A stretch of 64,000 nucleotides of DNA from assembly GCA_963717465.1 (NCBI GenBank), contig OY970340.1:64001-128000 (forward strand), written 5' to 3'. The notes beneath the pieces were generated by a model. That model was not told where the DNA came from and made no database searches. It saw nothing but the letters and a program-made list of their open reading frames with translations. Within the stretch, counting starts at the first letter, position 1, and each line of letters opens with the position of its first letter. Below are positions 1 to 9,880 of the stretch, in pieces. Origin of the DNA: Candidatus Bathyarchaeota archaeon. GTDB lineage: Archaea; Thermoproteota; Bathyarchaeia; Bathyarchaeales; Bathycorpusculaceae. The position numbers and the translations under genes are program-made.

Positions 1-816
1 AATAATACCATTCTAGTTATCGGTTCGTTTCCGGATAAAGAGGCTAAGCTTAAGAAATGGTGGAGTATTACAGGTTCGTTGCCTAACGATAGTGCTAGCG
101 AGATTCTTATTGGTTCAGCGCTTGCGGCATCGCTTAACCTGACGTTAGGTTCTAACATTCCAATTAACAATGCTTCATTCAAAATTACTGGAATCCTATC
201 TGAAACAGGCTCTACAGATGATTATTCGATTTTTATGCCATTGCCTATTGCACAAGCACTTTTCAACCAAGAAGGAAAAGTTAGTGAGATAGATGTTAGC
301 GCATTGTGCAATTATTGTCCTGTAGATGCGATGGCGACGCAAATTATGAATGTAGTGGCAGATGTAAAGGCTGTTCCGGTAAAACAGACAGTCGAAACTA
401 GAATGCAGGCTGTAGAAACAACATCAAACTATTTGTTGCTTTTAGCATTAATAGTTCTTGTCGTTGGCATTGCTGGAATAATGAATACAATGCTGGCTTC
501 CGTTCATGAGCGCACAAAAGAACTTGGTGTTTTTATGTCTCTTGGCGCGGATAGTACATATCTTTACAAGGTATTTTTGTTGGAATCAGTAATTATTGGG
601 TTGATTGGGGGCATACTGGGAACTCTTGTTGGCATAATTTCATCAGTGATACTTGGGCCTTTGATAGTAAATAATTCAATCAGCCTTGCGGAGTTACCCA
701 TCTACGTTATTCCGCTTGCCATAGGTTTGTCAGTTCTTACAAGCATGGCTGCAAGTCTTTATCCTATTTGGATAGCAAGCAAAACAGATCCGGTTAAAGC
801 ACTTAGGACAGTTTAG
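1..816 (+). CDS. ABC transporter permease (MacB/FtsX-like), 5' part runs off the window
   Basis: Motif GIMNTMLASVHERTKELGV, TM helices and C-terminal DPVKALR; adjacent ATPase gene. Confidence 0.9.
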   Translation, partial: NNTILVIGSFPDKEAKLKKWWSITGSLPNDSASEILIGSALAASLNLTLGSNIPINNASFKITGILSETGSTDDYSIFMPLPIAQALFNQEGKVSEIDVSALCNYCPVDAMATQIMNVVADVKAVPVKQTVETRMQAVETTSNYLLLLALIVLVVGIAGIMNTMLASVHERTKELGVFMSLGADSTYLYKVFLLESVIIGLIGGILGTLVGIISSVILGPLIVNNSISLAELPIYVIPLAIGLSVLTSMAASLYPIWIASKTDPVKALRTV

Positions 817-820
817 ACGA

Positions 821-1495
821 ATGCTAGAACTAAAAGAGATAACTAAAATTTACGAAATTGGAAAAAACCAAGTTATTTCTCTTAACAATGTTAGTCTAAA
901 GGTTAACGAAGGCGAATTTGTCTCAGTAATGGGTCCAAGCGGCAGCGGAAAATCTACTCTGCTCTACACAATTGGGGGACTGTTAACGCCAACAAAAGGG
1001 GAAGTTACAATTGGAGAAAACTCTATTTACCGCATGACTACTAAAAAACGCGGACAATTTAGACGCAAAAACGTGGGTTTCATCTTTCAAACCTTTGAAT
1101 TGCTTCCTTACTTAACGGCACTTGAGAATGTCATGCTTCCACTCCACTTAGCAGGCGAAAACTCAGCGAAACAAAAAAAAGCCGCCACAGAAGCTTTAGA
1201 GAAAGTAGGTTTAGGCAAGCGAGCAAATCATAAACCAACTGAACTAAGCGGAGGCGAACAACAAAGAGTTGCCATAGCAAGAGGAATAGTGAACAAACCA
1301 TCGATTCTCCTTGCTGATGAACCAACAGGAAACTTGGATCAAAAAACTGGCAATGAGATTATGCATTTACTGTGCGATTTGCATAAAAGCGAAAAACTTA
1401 CCTTAATCTTTGTTTCACATGACCCGGCAAAAGCTCAACTCGCTGACAGGATTATTCAAATGCTTGACGGACACACATTAACGAATGTCAACTGA
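821..1495 (+). CDS. ABC transporter ATP-binding protein (LolD/MacB-like)
   Basis: Walker A GPSGSGKST, signature LSGGEQQRVAIAR, Walker B ILLADEPTGNLD. Confidence 0.95.
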   Translation: MLELKEITKIYEIGKNQVISLNNVSLKVNEGEFVSVMGPSGSGKSTLLYTIGGLLTPTKGEVTIGENSIYRMTTKKRGQFRRKNVGFIFQTFELLPYLTALENVMLPLHLAGENSAKQKKAATEALEKVGLGKRANHKPTELSGGEQQRVAIARGIVNKPSILLADEPTGNLDQKTGNEIMHLLCDLHKSEKLTLIFVSHDPAKAQLADRIIQMLDGHTLTNVN

Positions 1496-1615
1496 AATAA
1501 AAGTGCCAGCCACAGAATAATCGCTCATTATGTCAGTAACTTTATCTTTTACTTGCTCTGCCTGCTGCAATTCCCAGTTGAAGCTGCCAAAAACAGGTGG
1601 TGTACAGTTGAAATA

Positions 1616-1639
1616 GGCTGGTGTGTTGGCCGTAACCCG
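1616..1639 (-). repeat. Direct-repeat copy of the RNase P RNA 3' end
   Basis: ggctggtgtgttggccgtaacccg is identical to 2337-2360; adjacent ggtgtRcagttga also similar. Confidence 0.85.
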
Positions 1640-1749
1640 CCTTAGGGCTTAGTAACTTCTTATTGTTTTATTAAAATCATTTTCAATCAATCCCTTTTTC
1701 TCTGCATGAAAAACTAAATTAAGCTATCTTTTCTCTATTCAGCTACACC

Positions 1750-2280
1750 TTGAACTATTCGAATGTTATATTCCCTCATTCTGTTGGTTTTAGTTGTAAA
1801 AAGTGTGGTGTTTGCTGTAAGATGCAACCGCCCGATGTTAGTATAGTGGAACAAAAGCTTATTGAAAAGAAAGGTTTTAGGAATTTTATTGATTTTATCG
1901 ATGAATCGGGGATTCGGTGGGTTAAAAGAAAAAACGGTGGCAGTTGTTTCTTTCTTACAAAGGAAAATAAGTGTTCAATTTACGATGTTAGGCCGTCTGT
2001 TTGTATGCTTGAGCCTTTTACCATAATTGATTACGACCCTGAAAAAAACAAAATAGCGTTAGCGTTAGACTTTCCTTTTAGTTGCTGCTGTGAAGGCGTA
2101 TGTACTGAAGGCGCTTTGCCGATTGAAATGATTGGAAAGGCTGCCCAAGTTGTTATGAACAAGATTTTGGAGTTAACGGCTAAAGAAATGGGTTTGCCTG
2201 TTAATGATAAAAAAGTTCGTTTTGCAGCTCGTGCAAAGTTGCTTCGCAGAATGATTGAGATAGCTGACCTCCAAGTATAA
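1750..2280 (+). CDS. YkgJ-family cysteine cluster protein
   Basis: CKKCGVCC, CFFL, CSIYDVRPSVCMLEPF motifs. Confidence 0.88.
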   Translation: MNYSNVIFPHSVGFSCKKCGVCCKMQPPDVSIVEQKLIEKKGFRNFIDFIDESGIRWVKRKNGGSCFFLTKENKCSIYDVRPSVCMLEPFTIIDYDPEKNKIALALDFPFSCCCEGVCTEGALPIEMIGKAAQVVMNKILELTAKEMGLPVNDKKVRFAARAKLLRRMIEIADLQV

Positions 2281-2335
2281 TTTCAGTTATGCAAGACAGA
2301 GCCCATGCCGGGGGAGTAGCGGTGTGCAGTTGAGT

Positions 2336-2660
2336 GGGCTGGTGTGTTGGCCGTAACCCGTCTTTTGTTGTTTGTGGCATTCGGCTAATCGGGCTACCCG
2401 CGCTTTCAGGTAGAGACTTCATCAGCGACTGTTTGCCCTTTCCACTTGCAGGACGGCCGTTTCACCGTTTCCAGATGGCATCTTCAGCAACTTAGCATGC
2501 TTCATTTTCACGCGCCAAGTGGACGTTTCGTTTCTGCTCCGTTGCCAAGGCTCTCGCCTTTCCCCGCAGTTAACAGGGATGCAATTCTACACGTGGACGG
2601 AGTTTCCTCAGACCCATCAAACTTTCTGGGTCCGAAAGCCACACACCAACTCGCCAGCCC
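2336..2660 (-). ncRNA. rnpB: RNase P RNA
   Basis: Minus strand has GAGGAAACTCCGTCC (P4 5' strand), 3' ACAAAAGACGGGTTAC, and P1 pairing gggctggcgagttgg/ccaacacaccagccc; GC-rich within AT-rich DNA. Confidence 0.92.
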
Positions 2661-2789
2661 AAATAAAAATGCACGGTTCAAAGCAATAAGAATTTCTAGG
2701 CACTTGACAATTACGTCCCAAAGAACCAAGCTTCCACACGAAAGATACATCAAAGGCATTCTTTCAAAAAAGCCGCTTAAATTATAAAT

Positions 2790-3683
2790 TTAGGCAAGCT
2801 CGCCTTTGGCAACAAGAAAAACTTTGCCGCCGACTAAAACCTCAAAACTTTCGCCTGCTTTTCTTGCTTTAAGCATGAGCAAGGATGACCGATTGATTTC
2901 GATGCCCTGCTCCACACAGATATTTACGTTATCGTTGCCAAAGTACTTGTAGTAAGACAGATAGCCTGCCAAGCAACCGTTGCCTGAACCTGTAGCTGGG
3001 TCTTCAGGTATGCCAAGCAGATCCACGAACACGCGCACATGCAAATCATTGCTCTGCTGAATGGTTTGGGGGCAAAAAACTAGTATGCCTAATTGATTTT
3101 TACAAGCGATTTCGGCAAGGTGCTTGATGTTTACTTGAGCACGCTTAGCAGCATCTAAAGTTTTCAAGGGTACGATGATAAAGGGTAAACCTGTAGATAC
3201 TTCTTGAATTGGAAATCGCTCATCAAAATCAGCACTTTGAAGCTGCAAAACCTTTGCTAACTGCGAAACTTCAAATTTCCTGCCGAACGCGGGTGGAAGC
3301 TGCTTCATCCATAAGACTTCCTCACTAGCTGGGGTCTCTTCGAATTTTACGGTTATTTGTCCCACTTTCAGGTTAAGTCTAACTTGATTTACGCTATTGC
3401 CAAGGACAAAATGCTTGATTACGTACGCAGTGCCTAAAGTTGGATGACCTGCAAATGGCACTTCTGCAGCAGGCGTAAAAATACGCACGTCATATCCACC
3501 TTCTCGCGCGTTATCTGAAAGAATGAAAGTTGTTTCTGAAAAATGCATTTCATTAGCTATCTTCTGCATGTCAACAGTAGACAGGCCCTCCGCATTCAAG
3601 TAAACAGCTAGTTGATTTCCCCCATACTTCTCCTGCGCAAACACATCAACCAAATAAAAAACCAGTTTATTCAACAAATTCAC
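2790..3683 (-). CDS. PhzF-family isomerase/epimerase
   Basis: VDVF..GGNQLAV, SETTF, EVPFAGHPTLG, EDPATGS motifs. Confidence 0.93.
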   Translation of the reverse strand: MNLLNKLVFYLVDVFAQEKYGGNQLAVYLNAEGLSTVDMQKIANEMHFSETTFILSDNAREGGYDVRIFTPAAEVPFAGHPTLGTAYVIKHFVLGNSVNQVRLNLKVGQITVKFEETPASEEVLWMKQLPPAFGRKFEVSQLAKVLQLQSADFDERFPIQEVSTGLPFIIVPLKTLDAAKRAQVNIKHLAEIACKNQLGILVFCPQTIQQSNDLHVRVFVDLLGIPEDPATGSGNGCLAGYLSYYKYFGNDNVNICVEQGIEINRSSLLMLKARKAGESFEVLVGGKVFLVAKGELA

Positions 3684-3752
3684 CGTTCAGCTAGTGCGCT
3701 TATCGGTTGAGCATCGGAATAGATAAAACTTTCTTCAAACAACACACTTGTC

Positions 3753-4344
3753 ATGAAGCAACGCATTATTCTCATAACGGGGACGCCGTGCATCGGAAAA
3801 ACAACAGTCGCTACAGCATTGGCAACCGAGCTTAATGCGGAATACATAAACCTTACCGACTACGCCAAGACGTACAATTTAATACTTGGCGAAGATAAAG
3901 AGCGAGACACCACTATAATCGATGAGAAAAAAATGCAGCAAAAACTCTCCGAAACCATAAAAGCATCAAAAAATGCCAACATAATCATCGACGGGCACTA
4001 CGCCAGCGCAGTTACACCTAAGGAGCATGTGGCTAACGTTTTTGTTTTGCGCCGAGACCCACGTGAACTAAAACAGTTCATGGAAAAACGGGGTTATTCA
4101 GGCAATAAACTCTGGGAGAATCTACAAGCGGAAATCATCGACGTTTGCCTCGGCGAGGCGGTTGAAGTGCACGCGGGCAGAGTCTGTGAACTTGGATGTT
4201 ACCGGCAAAATGGCTGAGCAAGTGGTTAACGACATTTTGGATGTTTTGGAGAAACGTAAAAACTGTTTCGTGGGCAGAGTAGACTGGTTGGGCATGCTGG
4301 AACGCGAAGGCTTAACTGACTCGTACTTGCGCGAATTAGAATAG
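3753..4344 (+). CDS. Archaeal adenylate kinase 6 (AK6/Fap7-like), frameshift near 4193
   Basis: ITGTPCIGKTT, DGHY, RGYS..KLWENLQAE; C-terminus (LDVTG...VDWL) continues in ORF 4162..4344. Confidence 0.85.
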
Positions 4345-4352
4345 TTATGAAT

Positions 4353-4715
4353 TTACCTGTATCCGTACCCGATCTTTTGTTTAGTCAAAAGCGTGACCTT
4401 GCGTCTATTCGAGTAAGATTTTGCGTGATCGCTAAATTTGTCTCCAATCATTATGGGATTAGACAATCCTACATCTTCAGTGGCAGTATCTAAATTAATA
4501 ATTACGTTAACGCCGATTGTTCGATTCCAATCCCTAACCCAAACAGGCTGTTCTATGCGTCCTTTTTGAACAATAAGGTCAAAATTGCGGGTTATACCGC
4601 TGAAGCCATCAAGAGCCGTGTTTTCACTGTTCACCTTGAACCCTTCCTTCTTAAAAAAGGAAATAGCAAGATCCAGTAACCCTGACCTAGGCTTAGCCTG
4701 CTCGCTTGTGCTCAT
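4353..4715 (-). CDS. Small Mrr-like restriction-endonuclease-fold protein
   Basis: G.SG..R.FDL and FS..AK.Y pattern typical of standalone Mrr_cat-like domains. Confidence 0.55.
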   Translation of the reverse strand: MSTSEQAKPRSGLLDLAISFFKKEGFKVNSENTALDGFSGITRNFDLIVQKGRIEQPVWVRDWNRTIGVNVIINLDTATEDVGLSNPIMIGDKFSDHAKSYSNRRKVTLLTKQKIGYGYR

Positions 4716-4752
4716 TTATATCGCTCTTCCCTAAACTGTTATCTATCTGTGT

Positions 4753-4989
4753 GTGGAAAAGGTTTTCGGAAGGCAACAACAATTGGGCAAGACTGCGATA
4801 TTAAAATGCACCAAATGTGCCGGTTTAATGTTGGCACAAATAGGTTTGAAAACTAAAACTTGTCCGTACTGCGGCGAGCGTGTTGATTTAAGTCGAGCAC
4901 AAACACTAGCCAGAGCAGCAGACGCGTTTGAAGCCTCAAACATTCTTAAGAAACTGAAAAGTCAACAGCGCCAAAACCCAAAGAATTAA
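4753..4989 (+). CDS. Zn-ribbon protein (DUF1922-like)
   Basis: CTKC...KTKTCPYCG. Confidence 0.7.
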   Translation: MEKVFGRQQQLGKTAILKCTKCAGLMLAQIGLKTKTCPYCGERVDLSRAQTLARAADAFEASNILKKLKSQQRQNPKN

Positions 4990-5926
4990 CGAACGTGCTT
5001 TAGCAGCTCGCAGGTTTTGCATAGGTCCTGAGCGGATGGTTCGCCGCATTCTCTGCAAATTGTAAAATCTTCTTTGGCAACTGTTTCCTCAATGGCTGGC
5101 CTTAAGCGTTCCATAGTTTTTAGAATCGTGAACTTTGTCCCAGCATGTTTTTCCTCCATCCGATTAAGCATAGCTCTGAGGTCATTGCGCAAAGCCTCTG
5201 AAGCGTATGGGCAAGGCGTGTCTTGAAAAGGAATTTTTTTAACGTAGGCGTAAAGGGCGCTTTCTTTCTCAGGAATTTCGCAAAAAGGCTTTATCTTTTG
5301 AACAAGTAAGGGGTGAACCTCGCTCGTGAGGGGTTTCTCCTTGAATAAACGTGTGATGTCGCCTCGGAAAATATTCATAAGAATCGTTTGCGCTTCATCA
5401 TCCAAAGTGTGGGCAGTAGCAATCTTATTTGCCTTCACTTGCCTGAGCCGCAAGGTTTAAGGCTCTTCGCCGTAACACTCCGCAGTAAGCACAGGAAGTT
5501 AATTCCATCATGCCTCTTTCTCGTGCCCTGGCAATTATCTCATCCAATGTGAAACCGAAAAGCTCCTTAAAAGACACGATGGTGTGTGGAATCTCGAAGT
5601 TTAATGCAGTTTTCTTCTGCGATCTTTAAGGCTTCTTTTCGATAGCCTTTGATGCCTTCATCTACGGTGACCGCCATCAGCGTGGTTTTAGGTCGAAACC
5701 GCTTAATTTTTGCCATTATATGCAGCAGGCTAACGCTGTCTTTTCCGCCTGAAACCGCTACAGCTAACCTATCATCGAAACGAAGCATATGATACCTTGT
5801 AATCGTCGCTCTAACTTTTGCCTCAATCGATTGGGTAAAGCATTTTTTGCACAGTGTTTCACCTGAATATGGTCTATGAAAGAAAGCCTCATTCGTTTTA
5901 CAGGCAGAGCACACCGAAGCGTTCAT
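4986..5926 (-). CDS. TtuA/Ncs6-family tRNA 2-thiolation protein (TIGR00269-like), frameshifted near 5597 and 5453
   Basis: N-terminal Zn finger, SGGKDS PP-loop, CAYCGVLRR in the intervening frame, TAHTLDDE, C-terminal CRECGE..CKTC. Confidence 0.85.
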
Positions 5927-6003
5927 TTAAACAGTCACATATTAAATTTCCATCAAACCTAATTAAACAATTCACCAATATTTTCCTTTATCAGATGATA
6001 AAA

Positions 6004-6716
6004 ATGGCAATTAAACCCAAACGACACGCTGAATACAAAGAAGTAACATACAACGATGCACACTGGACATTACTTGCCGAGTTTCGGAAAAAAGCAATCA
6101 GCTTAATGGCATCTCTTGAGAATTTTCATTTGCCCGTTATTGTCCATGGAAGCATCGCAAGAGGCGACGTGAAAAAAGACAGCGACATCGACATTTTCAT
6201 AGCTGAACCACAAAATAGTTTTCTTGTTGAAACAGCCCTCCAAAAATCGAACGTGCCCATTAACGCTCGACTGTTAGTGCAAGCCACACCTTCCTACGCG
6301 ATAAAAGCGCATATTGAGGTTGACGAGAAAACAAGCGTTTCCTTTCCCCTTACGCCCCTACGAAGGGTGGAACGAGAGTTTTACAGGTTCGGCGGCGAAG
6401 TCAACATACATCAGCTTAAGGCTAATGCGATGTTCGTGTTGCAGGCGTAGATAAACGGCTAATGCTGATTGAACCAACAGAGAAGGGGCATAATGAAAGC
6501 AGCATAATAGGCAAAGAAGAGTACGCAGCTAAAACCCTGAAAATATCCACTGAAACAGTGCTTGACAGGGTTCATGCATTACTAAAAAGAGACACAGTTG
6601 GGAGGACAGGAGTTTTCCTAAAAAAGGAGCTAGATGAAAACGAAACTTTTGAATATGCGTTAAAAAAACTTTCGGAGGAAAACCCAGCAGTGCGCAGAAG
6701 AGTTAAAAGTTCTTAG
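6004..6716 (+). CDS. Predicted archaeal nucleotidyltransferase (COG2413-like), frameshift near 6430
   Basis: VHGSIARGDV..DSDIDI; C-terminus GRTGVF in ORF 6462..6716. Confidence 0.8.
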
Positions 6717-6722
6717 AAGTTT

Positions 6723-7292
6723 TTAAGATGGGGTGGGGTAGTAAATGAGCTCTTTTTCTTCAAGAAGCTTTTGTATTTTGTCAACTGCTTCGTAAACCTG
6801 TTCTTCTTTCTTTGCGCCGACGCAGACAAGTTTTCCAGCTGAAAAGATCAAGAACACAACTTTAGGTTCATCCATGCGGAACACTGCACCAGGAAACTGT
6901 TCAGGCTCATACATAACCCGACTGAGCTTATATACGAGACTTTCCAAATCGATTTCTCCGCCTAACTCTGCTGAAGCAACAATATTTTGAATATTCACAA
7001 TCGGCTTTTCAGTTATCTGTATGCCCTCGCCCCGCAGTTCTTTCACGACTTTTTCAACTGCACTGCGTGATTCTTTTTCTGATTTAGCACCTGTGCAAAC
7101 CATTTTGCCTGTGCCGAAAATCAAAGTAGCGGTTTTAGGTTTTTTAAGCCTGAAAACTAATCCTGGAAACACACTTGGATTATATTCTGTTTGAGGAAAC
7201 TTTTCCACGATTTTCTGAAGATCAATTTTTTGATTAAGTGACACAGAAGCAACGATGTTCTGTATTGAAATAATTGGTTTTCTGGTACTCAT
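6723..7292 (-). CDS. tbp: TATA-box binding protein
   Basis: Two repeats of IQNIVAS, Y.P..FPG, LIF..GK.VC.GAK. Confidence 0.98.
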   Translation of the reverse strand: MSTRKPIISIQNIVASVSLNQKIDLQKIVEKFPQTEYNPSVFPGLVFRLKKPKTATLIFGTGKMVCTGAKSEKESRSAVEKVVKELRGEGIQITEKPIVNIQNIVASAELGGEIDLESLVYKLSRVMYEPEQFPGAVFRMDEPKVVFLIFSAGKLVCVGAKKEEQVYEAVDKIQKLLEEKELIYYPTPS

Positions 7293-7465
7293 TTCACTTC
7301 ACATGTCTTAGGGTATTTAAATACTAAAGGAAGTATATATATAATGCCTTTATAAAGGAGATCTAAATTAGCTTCCTGCAAGGTATTAATTACGTTTTTA
7401 TATGTAAACCGAGAAAAAAATAAGTCAAAGATAGCAGTTCTCTTTGATTTTAAACAAGCGAAATA

Positions 7466-8356
7466 GTGGTTATAATGCTTCCTTTATATAACTTGACAGA
7501 TAAACACGAAGCGTGGTATAACATATCGCAGGATGGTATTACTACTGTAACTGTCAGAAGTAAAACCCGTCTTAAGCCAAGAGCAATCTATGCAGGTTTG
7601 GGTACATTATCGCTATATTTATCTTCACTTGGCAGAAGAGAAAATTGGAAATTTACCCCATCCCTTCCCATTCCGACAAAAGTACAGTATAACGAGAGAA
7701 CCGATGAGGGACAAAACCAAATAATCAATGTTTCAGTAAAAAACATGCTATTTCCAGCCACTGGATTAATCAAATCCAATGTCACAGGCGAAATCACGGC
7801 ACCGGCGGTTCATTTTGATTTACCCCACGCAAACGATCTATGGTTATTTATCCTAAGGTCTCCTTGGTTCCCAATTAGAATACAAGCCGAAAAATCCTCT
7901 CTCACTATCTCTCATGGATCAGCACAAGCCACCGCTCAAATTGAAAGCATTAACGCTGACCAAGATAAAAACCAAATTCTGAGGGCAAATGTAAGCGTTC
8001 ACGGCGAAGGCTTCAAGCACGTTCAACTAGTCATGGAAAGAACCGTTGGCATTATTTCGATGCAAGAAACAATTGGAAGCTTGAACCAAGAAATAGGTAC
8101 CTTCGTTTGGAAACCATCTCTGAGAGCATTTAATACTATGCTTTTAACCTTTTCTAACATGGGCTTGCCTGAATGTCTCGATTTCTTGAAAGCGTTAGGC
8201 GCTCAGACAAATCAAAGATCCTTTTCAGGAAGTGTTCTAGAGAACGATTTCCTCTTAAGTGATGGCCCAACCATAAATTATACGTTACAGTTGATAGGCG
8301 AGAAGCACATATTAGGGCACGAAAAAAGCGAAACCAAAATAATACTCAAACCCTAA
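7466..8356 (+). CDS. Hypothetical protein
   Basis: 296-aa ORF, no recognised motif. Confidence 0.6.
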   Translation: MVIMLPLYNLTDKHEAWYNISQDGITTVTVRSKTRLKPRAIYAGLGTLSLYLSSLGRRENWKFTPSLPIPTKVQYNERTDEGQNQIINVSVKNMLFPATGLIKSNVTGEITAPAVHFDLPHANDLWLFILRSPWFPIRIQAEKSSLTISHGSAQATAQIESINADQDKNQILRANVSVHGEGFKHVQLVMERTVGIISMQETIGSLNQEIGTFVWKPSLRAFNTMLLTFSNMGLPECLDFLKALGAQTNQRSFSGSVLENDFLLSDGPTINYTLQLIGEKHILGHEKSETKIILKP

Positions 8357-8542
8357 CATTTCATACGAACAAGTACATTTTTACAATAGTAAAATGATTG
8401 ATCTATAAGTTGTGCACTATTTTTTATGAAAGGAAAACAGTATTAACAAAACCAGTAAGGAAAAGCAACTGGCAATTTGAACAGGGAAGGCTATATTGAT
8501 TTGGTTTTGCGATGAGAAATGGTTTATTTCTTGTGTTTTTGT

Positions 8543-9664
8543 TTAGGTTACTGCTAAGTGTTGTCCGTTGAAAGTGATTGATTCAATTGTGTTCTCATCG
8601 ATTTGAACAACGTTTGACGGGAGAGGCACGTATTCTTCGCTTGGTGCAAGCTTTTGTCCATCATGCACGACCCACCAGAGAAACTGAACTTCTGCTGTAG
8701 CCATGGCTTGAGTCATGCCTGGAATAACGTTCAGTTCCTTGTAGACTAGCAGGTATGTGAAGCTTACTATGGGGTATGCTTGTGAATCGTTTGCGTTAAG
8801 CAGGCTGACAGTTGCCCAGCTCTCATCACCAGTTGGTAAGCCATTTGAAGAGGCGGATTGAACAGCATCCTGGAATGCGCTGAGACTTGGCAAAATCCAA
8901 TTGCCTGAAGGATTTTGAATAGCAGCTACGGTCATATTGTTCTGTAAAACATAAGATAGCTCGACATATCCAATAGCATAAGGCTGCCCCTGCACGACAT
9001 AAGCGACGCCAGAGTTTCCTTGGGCACCGATTGTTGAGGCTGGCCAAGTTACGGTTTTGCCTTGACCTATTGAATTGTTCCAGCTAGTGCTCATTTTGCT
9101 GAGATAACCTGTGAATATGTAGGTTGTTCCTGAGCTGTCTGCTCGATGCACTACTCGAATAGCCTGATCTGGAAGCGTAACGTTCTGGTTTAAGCTTTGA
9201 ATTTCAGAGTCATTCCACATCGTTACTTTACACTGGAAAATGTCTGCAATGACTGTGCCGTTTAGATGCAGGCCGCTATAGATTCCTGGTAGATTGTATG
9301 CAACTGTTACCCCGCCTATAGTTTCTGGAATATGAAGAACATTAGGAGCCTTAGCCATATCGGAAGCACCTAAGGGAGCATCAGAGGCGTCAAAATCATT
9401 TACCTTATTTTCTAAGTCGGTTATTCCAGTGCCGCTTCCGACTCCGTCGTAATTAATTTGGACGCTCGGATTAACATCAGTGGTATAATTCGATATCATA
9501 GCGGCAAGTAATGGCTGTGGGAAGGTAGCGCCTGCCCCATTTAGAGTTATGGATTTTTGAGTAGGACTGCTTGGTCGATTAAGGAATGCTCCTACGAGTA
9601 CGCCAGCAACAAGTGCAACAACAATTACTATACTGATAATAATAAGAATTGCATGTTTGTTCAT
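8543..9664 (-). CDS. pstS: Phosphate-binding protein PstS, membrane anchored
   Basis: GAGATFP, GSGTGI, DFDASDAP, HRADSSGTT, YPIVSFTY; N-terminal TM helix. Confidence 0.95.
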   Translation of the reverse strand: MNKHAILIIISIVIVVALVAGVLVGAFLNRPSSPTQKSITLNGAGATFPQPLLAAMISNYTTDVNPSVQINYDGVGSGTGITDLENKVNDFDASDAPLGASDMAKAPNVLHIPETIGGVTVAYNLPGIYSGLHLNGTVIADIFQCKVTMWNDSEIQSLNQNVTLPDQAIRVVHRADSSGTTYIFTGYLSKMSTSWNNSIGQGKTVTWPASTIGAQGNSGVAYVVQGQPYAIGYVELSYVLQNNMTVAAIQNPSGNWILPSLSAFQDAVQSASSNGLPTGDESWATVSLLNANDSQAYPIVSFTYLLVYKELNVIPGMTQAMATAEVQFLWWVVHDGQKLAPSEEYVPLPSNVVQIDENTIESITFNGQHLAVT

Positions 9665-9880
9665 ATTTTAGTCTATCCTGAAACTTAATACGCGATACAC
9701 TTGATTCAATACATGCATAAGTAGATTCCGCATATAAAATATATAAAACCCATGTTTTTAAAATAAAATTTCTTATTAAAAATTAACAATTCAGTTGCTT
9801 GAGGCATAAGCGGTTAATATGTGTTTTCTTATTCATTGGCACAAATGAACTTCATCGCAAAATTTGATGGTTGAAACCAC

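Noticed and set aside
2201..2787. ORFs 2201..2422, 2446..2787 and 2508..2759
   Set aside because: They overlap the RNase P RNA and are shadow ORFs
4353..4715. Restriction/defence system
   Set aside because: Single small Mrr-like ORF within a housekeeping block, no methylase partner and a degenerate catalytic motif
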